This document shows, piece by piece, positions 1 through 12,473 of a stretch of DNA of 64,000 nucleotides. Source of the stretch: Monosiga brevicollis MX1 (lineage: Eukaryota); NCBI RefSeq assembly GCF_000002865.3, contig NW_001865084.1, forward strand, positions 62,001 to 126,000, given 5' to 3'. The notes below the pieces were generated by a model. It was not told the DNA's origin. It saw nothing but the letters and a program-made list of their open reading frames with translations, and did not search any database. Each line of letters opens with the position of its first letter. Position 1 is the stretch's first letter. The position numbers and the translations under genes are program-made.

Positions 1-2331
1 TGAGCTGTGCTGGAATGGCCACGTCCAAAGCCTTGGCTGGCTGATTGCTCTTCTTGCCCAAGTCCGTCATCATGCGATTGAACTCCTTGACGAAATCTTC
101 ATCCTCTGGCTCGGGCTCGTGTGGCTAGATCAAGCAATCTTTGATGAGCAACAACAAGGAAAAAAAAAAAATAGATGTGCTTGTGCAACACAATCGGAGG
201 CAAGCAGCAGATGATGGTGGGCGTGACGTCACCCTCAGCTCACAAAGAACTCAGATATTATCGGCCCTACCTTTGCTTCCTTGAGCACCACATGATTGTC
301 GTCATCGTCATCGACCGCTTCACTGTTCGCCACGGCGTCTGTCGAACCCTGTATCAGCAAGCATCGCGCATGAGTTACCTTGCAACTCGCAGGCTGAAGT
401 TGGGGCATCACGACGTGACGTACCGCGTCAACTTCTATGTGTGTATCGCGGTGTTCATCCGCCCATGCAAGCAAGAACCATAAGGCATGCGCCGTGAATT
501 GATCGCTGGCCGACATTTGCATGATAGAAGAGGTCGAATAGCAGTGGCTTGCATTGCGAGAAGAAGAGAGAGACCATGACACACCCTCATCATCGTCGTC
601 ATCATCGTCATCTTCGTCATCGGAGTCGCTGTCTTCACCGGCATTGGCATCGGCCAGAGCAGCCCTCTGGCTCTGCTGTAGAGCTTTGATGTCAAAGCCC
701 TTCTTTTCAAGCTTGCGAAGGTTCTCGGCCTCCAACTCTGCAATTGCAGCCTCAGCCTCTTCGAGCGTGCTGATGGGGACCATTTTCGGACTGTGTTGAC
801 CAGTAGCAAACAATGGGCTTGGCGTAAGGGGACGGACGAGATGCAGCTCGGGAGCACCACTGCACTTTCTGTGCAATGCGTGTGTCAATACACACACAAG
901 CTCGACCCGATTGCCTACCGTAGGGCTTCCAACGTGTCTTGCAAGGTAAACTTAATGCCCATTGGCAACGGCTGGGGCTTGCGCAGGACGTATCGCTGGA
1001 AGTAGAGTAGAAAGTTGTCCAACCTGAAGGAGCCACCAACCCAAGACATCGAGGTAAATTCAACCCCGATTCAAGTACAAGTCAAGAAGCACATCAAGGA
1101 ACTGTTGTCGTCCAAGGCATACCGACGCTTCTCCTGGCTCTTCGCAAAGAAGCTCCCACATGTATCAAGAAGAACGCAGACAAGCTTGATGCTGTGTAAG
1201 TCGCAAGTGGGTGATGAGGATATGGACAGAACGAGCATGGCGCGGCCATCACGTGGTTCTACTTGGCAATGCCACTGAGCCGCCACTGGCATTAACGTAC
1301 CGAAATGCGTTGTGGGGTGGATCGAGGAATGGGTCGTGGGCGGCAAAGGAAATGAGAGAATACAGTGTGTTCAGGATGACACCACTGTCCACAAGCGTGA
1401 AATTGAAGAGCTCGCTCAGAAACTTGACGGTGGCTACCCGACGCTGGTTGATGTCTGGCGTATTGATCTCCATGCCCAAGCGAATTTCCTCCAAAACAGC
1501 GTCAACAACGGCATACGACAGCTGAGGCACGTGATCACGAAGTCCAGACAGCAACGAGGCCAACGCCATGATCTCGTCAAACTTGAGCAGCCATGCGCGC
1601 ACAAAGCACTTGAGGCCGTACTGGAAAAAGACTGGATCCGACCAGGGAAGTTTGCGAAGCTTGGGCAGCAACGATTTGACGACATCGGCCTTTGGTTTGA
1701 GATCCTTGTACAACAATTTGCGCAAATAGTCGTGAAGTGGAGGTCGAACTTTAACTTCGATGAGGGCACGCTCTGGTGGGTTGCAATAGTAGTACGCATT
1801 GGCGATCATCGTCAGGTAGCGTTCATCGTGCAAAGCCACCTTTTTCTTCATCATGGTGGCCAAGAGCGCCTTGGTGCGCACATGCGTCTCGGGAGAGCGA
1901 TAGAGAAATCGGCCACACGTGTCCAGTAAGTTGGTGAGCATTTCCACATTTTGTCCGGTGAATTTGTTGAGCAGCATCTATTGTTGACACAGCCGGTAGA
2001 ATGAGCAAAACCGTAGGTTATTCTTAACACGCATCAACAACTCACACACAGACACACAGACACAGAGACAGAGACAGAGACAGAGACAGAGACAGAGACA
2101 GAGACAGAGACGAGACAGAGACAGAGACATAGACACAGACAGAGACAGAGACAGAGACAGAGACAGAGACAGAGACAGAGACAGAGACAGAGACAGAGAC
2201 AGAGACAGAGACAGAGACACAGACATAGACACAGACACAGACACAGACACAGACACAGACACAGACACACAGACACAGACACAGACACAGACACAGACAC
2301 AGGCACAGACACAGACACAGACACACACACA

Positions 2332-2408
<77 letters not shown>

Positions 2409-5260
2409 TTGGTTCATTTACATTTTCACAAACACCATAGACCATAGAGACGTACCCGCATGATGCGCATCACATCGTTGATCGGAAACACGCGAAATTT
2501 GATCAGCTCGCCAATGTATCGCATGTTTTTGACCTTGCTCTCGATGCGATCGGCCGGATGCTTAAAGTAGAGAAAACGAAATTCACCGTTGAGGCTTTTG
2601 ATCAGCTCGGTGCCCACCTCAGGAATGCCTGGATAGAGTGTAGCCACAAGGCGAGCGTAGTAGCGTAGTAGATCGACGCGATTGCGATTAACCATGAATA
2701 ACGCCTCAGCAAGGCGCCGCCGGGCGCCGCTATCGTTCAAGTAGCAAAACTCTTCCGCCAGACGGTCCACGGCATCTGTCGTCATGCTATTCGGCAACTG
2801 CTCAAGAAAAGCCACAATCTTATCGTTTGCTGTCCCCCCCTCTGGCGGGCCGGCTGTGAGTGGTGCCTTCTGGTCCACGTCATACTCATCCAAATTGGCG
2901 TCCTCCCTGAGCTCGGCCTCCTCATCGACCTCTTCCTCGCCATCATCCTCAACCTCGCCTTCGGGACCATCTCCCGGCGATTCACCTTCCTGCTCGCCCT
3001 CGCTCGCGCCCTCATCTTGTGCGCCAGCCTCCTCTTCGGCCTTCTTCCGCAGTTTGCGGCGTTGCTTCTTGCTCGAGGCAAAGAGCACCTCTGGAAGGCG
3101 AGCCTGTAGGTCGGGGAGATGCTCGTAAAACTCTTGCTCCTCAACATCTACCCACAGGCTTGATGCTGCATCCTCCGGGTTGAGGTTCTATGCCATCGAG
3201 ACCATAATGTGCGTATGCGTCAAGTGATAAGTCAAGATCCGAGCATGACGAACATAGCCTTCTCTGAGTGGCATTGAGTGATAGGTGTGTCTGGCCACAC
3301 AACTGACCTTGAAAGGGTTGGACGTGTCCACGACAACGCCTGACATCAGCTCATCTTCAGCCGGCGCCACAGGTAAATCAGGCATGTCCTGAGCAATGAG
3401 CCACCACATGAGCAGAGCATGCCAGGGCAGCACGCGTACAGAAACCGAAACAAAACAAACTGACAACCCAACAAAATAAAAAAATAAAAAATAAAAGTAG
3501 AAAAAAAATAAAACGATGTGAAAGACAATAGTGTAAGAGACCTGGTCAAGGACGTTGGCCAGCACTTTGGTATACTGCAATAGTTCGGTGTAGGCGCTTT
3601 GCATAGCCCTAGTCCCCTCCGAGCGTTCTGAGGAAAGCTCGCCCTGTCACGCAACAAGGATGTGTGCAGCATCGCTGAGCAAACAGGCGGGCTCATATCA
3701 GTGATGATTGCGCTGGGACAAGAGCGAAAACTTACCTTGATTTCAACCTGATTTTGATCTTGTCGTAGGCGCTTGTCCAAGGCTTTTTTCTCGCGTACGA
3801 GGCGCTCCGCAACTTTACTGTACCATCGCACAAGGAGCGCCTTCATCTGTGTTTATAGAAAACGAGAATGGGGCGCAAAGATCAGAAGCAGATATGCTTG
3901 GAAAAAAAAATGCCACGACCAAAAGCTCTGTGACAGCTTCCAAGTCGAAGAGCTTTGCAGCCAGCGAACTTACATTTGGAGCAAGGTCCGGAAAGGGCGT
4001 GTCAAGTGTGGCCTCGAGTTCAAACTTGTGCAATATCCCCAACTGCTCGCGGGGCAGCTGAGCTGCGAGATCCAGAGCTAAATGTTCAACCAAGTGCACG
4101 GATAATGCGAGCAGATCAAACTCTTTGTCCTTCTTCAAATAGTTGGCGATGCGCTTGCAGAGCTCCTGTTTTACACAGCAACGGACCAGAAGCTGAATCA
4201 GCGCAACAGACCAAACGGTTGGAGCAAAGAGGTGCACAAACGTCCACATGGCAGGTGCGTACTTTGCCTTCGTTGTCTTCATTGAAAACGCCAATGAGCA
4301 CCATCTCGGCAAAAAGCCGAAACGTGAAACTAAGGGTCAGCCACACCAACAAGCGGGCAATCAGCAAACACCACCAATCATCATCCACACACCAAGTGAC
4401 CTGATGATTCGCGTACCGAAAGTGGGCCAATGCCTCCTTATCAGCCTTGTCCGGCGTGGTAGCAAGGATTGCCACCAGTGCCTGGCGAAACCCATCGGCA
4501 AACTCTTCGTAGCGACGGTGAAGCTGCACGGCCAACGCCACGGTCACGCCGAGGCTGGCATTCTTGATCTGGCCAGCCACCGCCAGCGAAGCCGTTACCT
4601 CCTCAAGATATCTGCAGTCATGACCCGCAATGGCACCAACAGCGTGCGGGGACGGCTTGAGTTCTTGTGCGTTGTTTGTGCGTTGTTTGTTTGTTTGTTT
4701 GTTTTTTCAAGCAAAAAGGACGAGGGGCAGGATGACAGTCGTCTGATGACATAGCCTACCGCGAAAGGTTGAGCTTGTCAAAGTCGGCCAGAAGCTGAGC
4801 TTGAGAGCCCTCGTTCATGGTGGTCTTGAGTTTCTTGACGAAGCCTGTGGTTTTTTTGACGGTCGAGTCAAGCTGACGGAAAAAGTCCCGATTGGGCCGG
4901 TGCTCTTCGGCGTTGATGTTCAGGTCACGGTCAATGCGGCGCTGCTGCTGGCGTGACTCGATCGCCTCTTTGAGTTGAAGGGCTTCTTCTTGGGTTGCTG
5001 CAGTACCCGCCATGGATTCGGACTCGGGGTCCTCTTCGCCTGTTGTATCCATGATGTCGTCCTCGACCGTCTCGTCTTCAAAGTCGAGCTCCGGCCCGGC
5101 GTCTGTGCCGGCCTTTTCCTTGCGGGCTTTAGCCACTCTGGGATAATAGGATGAGGAAATTTTGGTGTGGGATGAGTGAGAAAGGAAGGCAAGTCAGGTC
5201 GGCGAAGGATCAGCCGAGGCGAAGGACCTACGCGGCAGCCCGGCCTCTCTTTTTGGGCAT
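1..5260 (-). CDS. UPF2: Nonsense-mediated decay factor UPF2 (three MIF4G domains); multi-exon, 3' end lies beyond the window start
   Basis: Exon translations match UPF2 motifs: LDSTVKKTTGFVKKLK, RVDLLRYYARLVATL, IESKVKNMRYIGELIKF, LLDTCGRFLYRSPET, YYYCNPP, QRRVATVKFLSELFNF, IKLVCVLLDTCGSFF, plus an acidic tract. Inferred exon 1 is 5260-5232 (MPKKRGRAAA) with a GT..AG intron at 5231-5138. Confidence 0.93.
2043..2406. repeat. Compound microsatellite (GAGACA)n/(CAGACA)n/(CA)n inside a UPF2 intron
   Basis: Directly visible tandem hexa- and dinucleotide arrays. Confidence 0.97.
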
Positions 5261-6380
5261 GAGCGGTGGTGAGGCTCTTAAACATACGCCGCGCCCTGGA
5301 TTGTCTTGAATTTGGCAAATGCCAGTCTGCCGACCAGATGCGCGCTGGCAAGGCGATGAGTTGGGAGGCAGCGAGGGACAGCGCGTGACAGCAACGCGCA
5401 AGTAAAACCCGGCCCTTCGCAAACACCATGGTCATGCACCACACCCTCGGCCCAGTCTCTCCCTCTCTACTCCTTGTCCCTATCACCTCCTTCACCACCC
5501 ATGCATTCATCGAAGCCTCTGACACGCCCGTGAGCCCTCACTGCCCAAGAACGACCAACCACCGCCACCCGCTGACAGTGTCGACGGTTCTCACAGCTCG
5601 CTCACCCTTCAAAATAAAATAAAATAAAAATAGAAAAGTGGTCGTAAAAAAACTTGTTACAAATCAAGCTGATCAAATGCACAGCGCACGTTGTGCCATC
5701 ATAGCGCCGCCGGTTCAAGATTTCGATAAATTTGGTTTGGCAAACTCAATCAAAGGCATGTCCTGCTAGTACAAGGATATGCCCTTAGAAAGAGCAGTGA
5801 GAAGAAAGAGAGGGGAAAAAAAAAAGCAGGCATCGAGCTGCCAAAAGTCTCGGTGTTGCCCGCCCCACCAAGAAGGAGCGAAGGGAAAAAAAAAAAAAAA
5901 GATCACCAGGAACAAACAAGAGCTACAGAGACCGAACGTATGCTACGCAACTTTACAGGACACGCCTCAAAACGATAAAAGCATGGACATGACCTGCACG
6001 GACTCGAATCACAAAACCTCGCCTATCACACGAAGCTCCACTCGCACAAGCAGGGTGGTCGACGGCGTCAAGGCGGATGTGAACAACAATAACGAATGAC
6101 AAAGAGACGAATCAGCAAGCACACAACAGAGGGGACGAGCTTGAGCCTGAGACAGGCCAGCATGCCTGGATGGCAACGGCAGGGCAACAACACATACAAG
6201 GACACCGAAACCGCGTGCAAGTCATGACTCAAAACACACGCACAAAAAGACCGCACACGGTGAACATGTGGGAACAACCCAAAGACGTTGCATCTACAAG
6301 AACACTAAGCAATTGCTCTGCTGCCAAAAAAGCAAGTCGCAGCTAAAAAGAGTTTGAGTTTGAAGACACCTGCTAGGCAT

Positions 6381-8600
6381 CTACTCGCCCTTGGACTTTT
6401 TGCTCTTCTTCTTCTTGGGCTTCTTCTCCTCCTCGGCATCCTCGTCTGCCGCATCAGCAGAGCGCTTCTTCTTCTTCTTGTCCTTGTCACTCTTATCCTT
6501 CTTGGCCTATTGGCACAAGATGGTTGAATGAGCTGATGCACGCCTCGAGCGACAAACGCAAAGCGCGAGCGTAAATACCCAACGCAGGCAGGTTGAATGA
6601 AAATACGGTTGAAAACCCACCTTCTTGGCCTTCTTCTTTGAACTCTCGTCATCCGAATCAACATCCATCACAGCATCGGTGGCCGTGTTGTACTGTTGCG
6701 TAGGGGGTACTGTCTCAAAGGACTGAGGGCCGACGGCGGCGCCCGTCTTGGTGGCGGCAACCACCTCGCCACCCTCGAGCTGACGCAGGCGAGCATCCAC
6801 CTTGGCCTTGTAATCGAGACCAATGTTCACGTTGCTCTCGTCGGCCAAGGCATCGACACGGGCCACGAGAGAGGTCTTGGCCGCAAGCACGCGAGACATC
6901 TTGCCCTTGTTCTTGGGCTGACTCTGGCCCACGACTGAAGCGTGGTACAAAAGACCGTACTTTGGCGTGTCGTGCTTGGTCTTGAGAGCACGGAACAGGG
7001 CCTTCTCGGCGCCCAGAATCTGGACGGTAGAGGCGGGGTGCTTGGCCAAGTTGAGAAGAGAGCCAGCATGTGCAATCAGACGAGCGCCGACAAGCTCGCC
7101 CACCATCACCGTCAGGTTGGGTGCCACGGCGTTCATGCTGACAACAAAAAGATCAAGGCCAAAAAAAAAAAAAACGAATGGTGAGCAGTCGCCAATATGA
7201 GCAAGGTCATTGACAAGCAAAGGCGTAAAAGATCAGAGAAAGAAGAAGTTGATGTCGGCTGGTGCGCAACATACCGGTTCTTCAAATAATCGTAGAGCTG
7301 GGCACGGTACTCGGTAATGGCCAGCACCTGTTCGGCCAAGGACTTGATGTGATCCAAATCCTCGTTGCTGATCTGCACAGTGTGTGGGCGGGATGAGAGC
7401 CAATTCCACCAACGCCAAGGCTAAAAGTGCGCGACCTGTAGTTGCTGGCAAGTTGAAGTTGAGCGAATAGATCAACGATGCTAACCTCAGTACCCATGGA
7501 GATTTCGGCGGCCTCCTTGGCGTCTTGCTCAACCTCCTCGGGCAAAATCTCCGAGAGGTCTGTGCTGGACATGTTCTTGCGGTTGCCCGTGGTCAGGACA
7601 GTGCGCACGAAAGCGTTGTTGTCAGTGATGATCTTGCTATAACAAGGCGAAGCAATCCAAATGACGCAGTGTGAGGAATAAGGGCAGAAAAAGAGAAGAA
7701 GCAGAGGCAGAAAGGAGTGGTGGACTGAAGGAGTAGCGATATGCATGAGTAGAATGCGGCATGACGCCAGGACGTACCCGAGCTCGGGAAAATGCCAGCC
7801 ATACCACTCGCGCACGCGCATGGTGTAGGTGTTGAGCTCCTTGTCCAGGTCATCGAGCAGGGCTAAGAGTGTAGCAGGACACAAACCAGGCCACAATGAG
7901 AGTCGATCAAAATGTACTAAGATTACGGGACTTGGACACTCGTGTCGAGGAGTCTTACCAATGGCCTGCACAATCATGGTGTCAACTTTATCGGGGCTAA
8001 ACTTGAGCTTGTAGCGAGAGAGGCTGTGCGCCAGACCGAGGGTCATGGCGGTCAAGTCAGACTCGCGGAGGCCCGAGATGACGGCAGAGAGCTGCGAGCG
8101 GATGCCACGCATCAGCTCCTGCACACCAGAGTCGTAGACGCACTGGATACCGAGCTTCTCCTTGATGACGGTACCCAGCTACTCGGTACCACGCGATCAA
8201 AGGGAGAGAGGACAAGAATTGAAGCATGAGCCGGAGGCGCTGATTCGAGGTGCTGCCATGTTATGTTGCCAGGCGAAAGCAGGGTCAAGAGCAACATGGC
8301 TAAGAGTTGTGGGCTCACCTTAGCCTCGGGGACGGCCAGGGTGTCTTGAACCTCCTTGCTAATGATGTTGTCCTTGAGGAAGGACTTGAGGCCCTTGCTG
8401 AGCTTACCCTCGGTCAGGGCGGTGGCCGCGGTGAGGGCCTCTACAGTGTCCTCAAACTTGTGGAAGCCCTTGAGCTTGACGGCCTCATTGGCAGCGTCGG
8501 GGGTGGCAAAGACGTCGGCAAGGTCGGCCTCGGACAGCTTGACGCCCTTCTTGACCTTGAAAAGGGCATAGCCCGCAGGCGTTTCAAACAGCACCAACAT
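6381..8600 (-). CDS. NOP58: Nucleolar protein 58 (box C/D snoRNP core protein); multi-exon
   Basis: N-terminus [82 protein letters not shown]; Lys/Glu-rich tail ending KKSKKSKGE* (TAG at 6383-6381). Confidence 0.95.
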
Positions 8601-9685
8601 GTTGGCTGCGCAGTCACAAGGACACAAAAGCAGCGTGCAAAGTGAGGGGACCATGTGGTGAAGACTTTGCAGCAAGTCAACCACATCCAAAAAGGACTGG
8701 CAGCCCTAACTACAGCTTGTAGATCACACTGAACCATCGACCAAATGATACAATGGAAACCTGCAGTCCCAACAAGGGCAGGATGCCTAGCCAATGGCTC
8801 GGGCACCGACCATGCGGGGAGGAGCATGGCTGTGTACCAGCGGGCGCGAGGGCCCAGACATGTCTGTCGGCTCACCTGTGTTTGAGGGGCAAAAGGGACG
8901 AGAGGTCGGGGGGGAGAAGACGCCCTGTCAACAGCAGAAAAGGCATAACACGACGAACCATGAGTATAAGCGATGGTCCATCTTACACACTCTCAGGCAC
9001 ACATGACCCGACCCGAACAACACCCCTCCAACCCTGTCTCCCAACCCCGTCGACCTCACCGCGCTGCCAAAAACAAAAAAAAGAGAAACTTGACACTTTG
9101 GACACAAAATTTCCAACACACACACACACAAGAGAGCACGAGTACCTCGAGGTGATAAATTACTAGCCGAATATAATCTGACCCCCACTCCTCAGGCTCT
9201 CTCTCTAGCTTCACTGCTCTCTGAAGGGTTAGGGTGCACGTGTCGCTCTCAGAGGAGCTGTTCATTCGGCTGACTGACAGTTGGTAGTGATATCATTTGG
9301 TAACTCGTCTATTGTCAGCAGCACGATCGTGGCAAGTGTGGCAGCGCGGCCAACGGCATCGGCAAACGGCACCAAAAAAAGGCAGCGGTCATGAATGGCA
9401 ATTTGAAAGGGGCTTGAGGATAGAACAAGCCGGGTCGACAGCTTGACATCCGCGTCTCATGGAGCAAACTTTCATGATCTCGTCTTCGGTAGTCATCAGA
9501 GGCCGCCTACACCAAGTGTTACGCGTTTGGTGCAGTGCTGTGACAGCTTGAATGTCAGCCATTGTTTGAAATGTCATCATTTCTGTTTGGCGGGAAAAAA
9601 AGCGTTTTGTCGACAATTGGCCCTCCCCAAATGATGTTGCGAATCGATCGTCTCAATCATTTCCCCGCTACCCTTGACTTGAACC

Positions 9686-11077
9686 ATGGACGCGTATCGC
9701 AGGTTGTCTGCTTTCTTGACATCAGACAGATACGAATGGCTTGGTATGTGACGTGACGAGTTGCAGGCCACAATGTCAATGCTTTTGCTCACGCGTGTCT
9801 CTTGCAACGCAGTACAAAAGCTGGATCGCGTTCGAGTCTACTTTCAGAGTCACTTCAACGCGGCGCTTCACGCGAGCGAGAGCTTAGAAGCGATCGGCAC
9901 CATGGTCAACGAGCGCTCCCCCACAACCAGGTGGGAGGAAGTCAAACATGACTTCAACGGGGTTGGGACAACGGCACACCTGCTGAACAACGTCAAGCAT
10001 GCGCTTGACCAGCTTCCGAGCATGTGCAGGGACATCGAAACCCTGAAAAAGGCCCATGAGAGCCGCGCTGCCACCATCGCAGCTCTGACGAAGGATAATA
10101 AGAGCCGCGCTGCCACCATCGCAGCTCTGACGAAGGACATTGAGAGCCGCGCTGCCACCATCGCAGCTCTGACGAAGGACAATAAGAGCCGCGCTGCCAC
10201 CATCAAAAGCCACGCTGCCACCATCGCAGCCCTGACGAAGGACAATAAGAGCCGCGCTGCCACCATCAAAAGCCACGCTGCCACCATCGCAGCCCTGACG
10301 AAGGACAATAAGAGCCGCGCTGCCACCATCGCAGCTCTGACGAAGGATAATAAGAGCCGCGCTGCCACCATCAAAAGCCACGCTGCCACCATCGCAGCCC
10401 TGACGAAGGACAATGAGAGCCACGCTGCCACCATCGCAGCCCTGACGGAGGACAATAAGAGCCGCGCTGCCACCATCAAAAGCCAGGCTGCCACCATCGC
10501 AGCCCTGACGAAGGATAATGAGAGCCACGCTGCCACCATTAAGAACTTGGAAACCCTTGTGAGCACCCCGCTTCAGAAGCGGCAAATCGTGTCGAAAGCG
10601 GCAACGCTTGTCCGCGCGGCTTTACTCCATCGTGTGAGATGGCCAGCCAGTGAAGATGTTAGCCGCCTGCAAGACCTTGGTGAATACATGCGCTGGGCTG
10701 TCCCCTTCATCATTCGCGATGGCGGATTTTACGGTCAAGTCCCAAAAGCAGGCGCTCCGCCTCGTACGAACGAGATCCACGATATTGTCACGGAGCTTTC
10801 GCAAGACGCCCAGATCAACATTGCAGAGAAGTATTTTGCGTTTGTGAAGCTTTTGCAGGAACAGACTTCAAAAACACCAGGTGACTTCTTCAGCGCCATG
10901 GACGCCCTGCGCCTGGCTGGCAATCGAGCTGCACATCCAAGCGAGTATGACAGCAAGAACTTGGCGGATCTTGTCAAGGAGCTCGGCGACTGCTTTGAAG
11001 TTGCTCCCGACACCGAAAACGCCGAGGTGATTCTGTGTGGACTCGAGGCTTTTGATATCGCAGGACAGTCACAATAA
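9686..11077 (+). CDS. Orphan protein: N-terminal helical region, tandem-heptad coiled coil, C-terminal domain with a HEPN/DUF4145-like LRxxGNxAAH motif
   Basis: Long stop-free frame 9761-11077. An ATG at 9686 (MDAYRRLSAFLTSDRYEWL) joins it in frame through a GTATGT...GCAG intron at 9744-9812. Motif MDALRLAGNRAAHP at 10898-10939. The function is inferred. Confidence 0.75.
10061..10543 (+). repeat. Coding tandem repeat: nine 42-nt units (S[RHQ]AATIAALT[KE]D[NI][KE]) interspersed with five 21-nt units (S[RH]AATIK)
   Basis: Near-identical nucleotide units such as agccgcgctgccaccatcgcagctctgacgaaggacaataag, all multiples of 21 nt. Confidence 0.97.
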
Positions 11078-11644
11078 TGGCTTGCCCACTCCTCGGTTGC
11101 GGGCTTGTTGCTTTGTTGACAATTGAAGCATGTCATCGACCGTTTCTGCCATCGTATTCTTAATTTACATGTCAAGTTCACGCACAGACCAAGACAAGCA
11201 GTCGTACGCTGGAAAGGGCAATTGGCAGGTCAGCAACGTGTGCATAGCCGACAACGCAAACAAGGCTCTCGCCTGCCTTTGCACCGCAGAGCTGTGTGAA
11301 CTGTGTCAAGTTGTTGATCATCGCGCAGTCGTGCGAACCATATGACAGATGGCAACCAGCTGTGTGGCGCCTATGCAGGCCACTCTTCGGATTGCGCCCC
11401 CTCCTCCCCCACACAAACACCACCGGACCCGCTTACATGTGTCTCGTGCCAGAGAGACTGACGGAGAAACGGTACGTCATCCAGAGAGATGATGACTTGA
11501 AGAAACCACATAAGTAAGAAAACAAACACGAAGGAGAGAAGAGAAGAATTTGGTGATGAGAGTCAGAGATCGTGAAGGTTTCGAAAAGGACCGAGTAACG
11601 CTTAGACCCAACAGATGAACCGATACGATGACATCGAGGCAACC

Positions 11645-11770
11645 GACAGACAGCGCATAGACAGCGCACAGACAGACAGCGCACAGACAGAGCGTAGACA
11701 GTGCACAGACAGCACACAGACAGCGCACAGACAATGCACAGACAGCGCACCGACAGACAGCGCACAGACT
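11645..11770. repeat. Degenerate minisatellite of about 11-15 nt (agacagcgcac with or without agac)
   Basis: About ten imperfect tandem copies are visible. Confidence 0.85.
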
Positions 11771-12473
11771 GTGCGCATAGGGAAGCCAGAGCAAGACACA
11801 GCCTAGAGGCAAGAGCAAGCAAAAGCGCGCAGAGGCAAGAGTGCGAATGTAAGACTTTTTGGTACACCAACGTCAAACAAACAAAAATCCTTGCAACGCA
11901 ACACTTTTTGTTGTTTCGCTGTCTCTGCCTTGGATCTCTTTGTTGACTTGTTCTCTTGATTTTAACAAGGAGGAGAGGACCCTCTCTAACTTCCACTCGC
12001 ATTGTTGCTCTTCCTCTGAATACCTTTCACTTCATACAGCCATCTCTACTTTATCATTGATTTCAACACTTGCAAAAAGTCATGATTCTATACACCTCTG
12101 ATAGTATATCAGTTCCGAACACTCTCTCTTCTAATATCTTACTCACCGTCTTCATCTCCATCCTGCTCCCCTTCCCCTGCACCTCTCTCTTCACGCCACA
12201 CAGGCTCTCTCTCTCTCTCTCTTGCTCTGTTTTGATTCATGAGCGACTGGAGTCAAGTGAGCGCGACGGCGCAGCCCTCCTCCGTCGGATGTTCAAAACC
12301 TCCTGCCGCCCGGTCGTGCATGTCCTTTGAAACGACGTTGTTAGTGTTTGGGCGTCACTGCTTGAAGCAGTTGTTGGACCCGACGTGACTGTTTGAATGC
12401 CATTTGAGCCGCTGTTTCCTTGACGTTACGACGAGATCCGTTCCTGCCGCCAGACACTTTGGCGACGGTCGTC

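Noticed and set aside
1978..2445. ORFs rich in CV, SL, HT or RE dipeptides here and at 39254-40050, 43048-43698 and 45993-46930
   Set aside because: They are translations of microsatellites in introns or intergenic DNA.
10061..10543. Regularly repeated units resembling a CRISPR array
   Set aside because: The units are contiguous with no unique spacers, they are in-frame coding heptads, and there are no cas genes in this eukaryotic context.
9868..10585. Long antisense ORFs (232 and 233 aa) over the repeat gene
   Set aside because: They are stop-free only because they mirror the tandem repeat.
9200..12300. Transposable element carrying the orphan gene
   Set aside because: No transposase, reverse transcriptase, LTR, TIR or target-site duplication could be identified.
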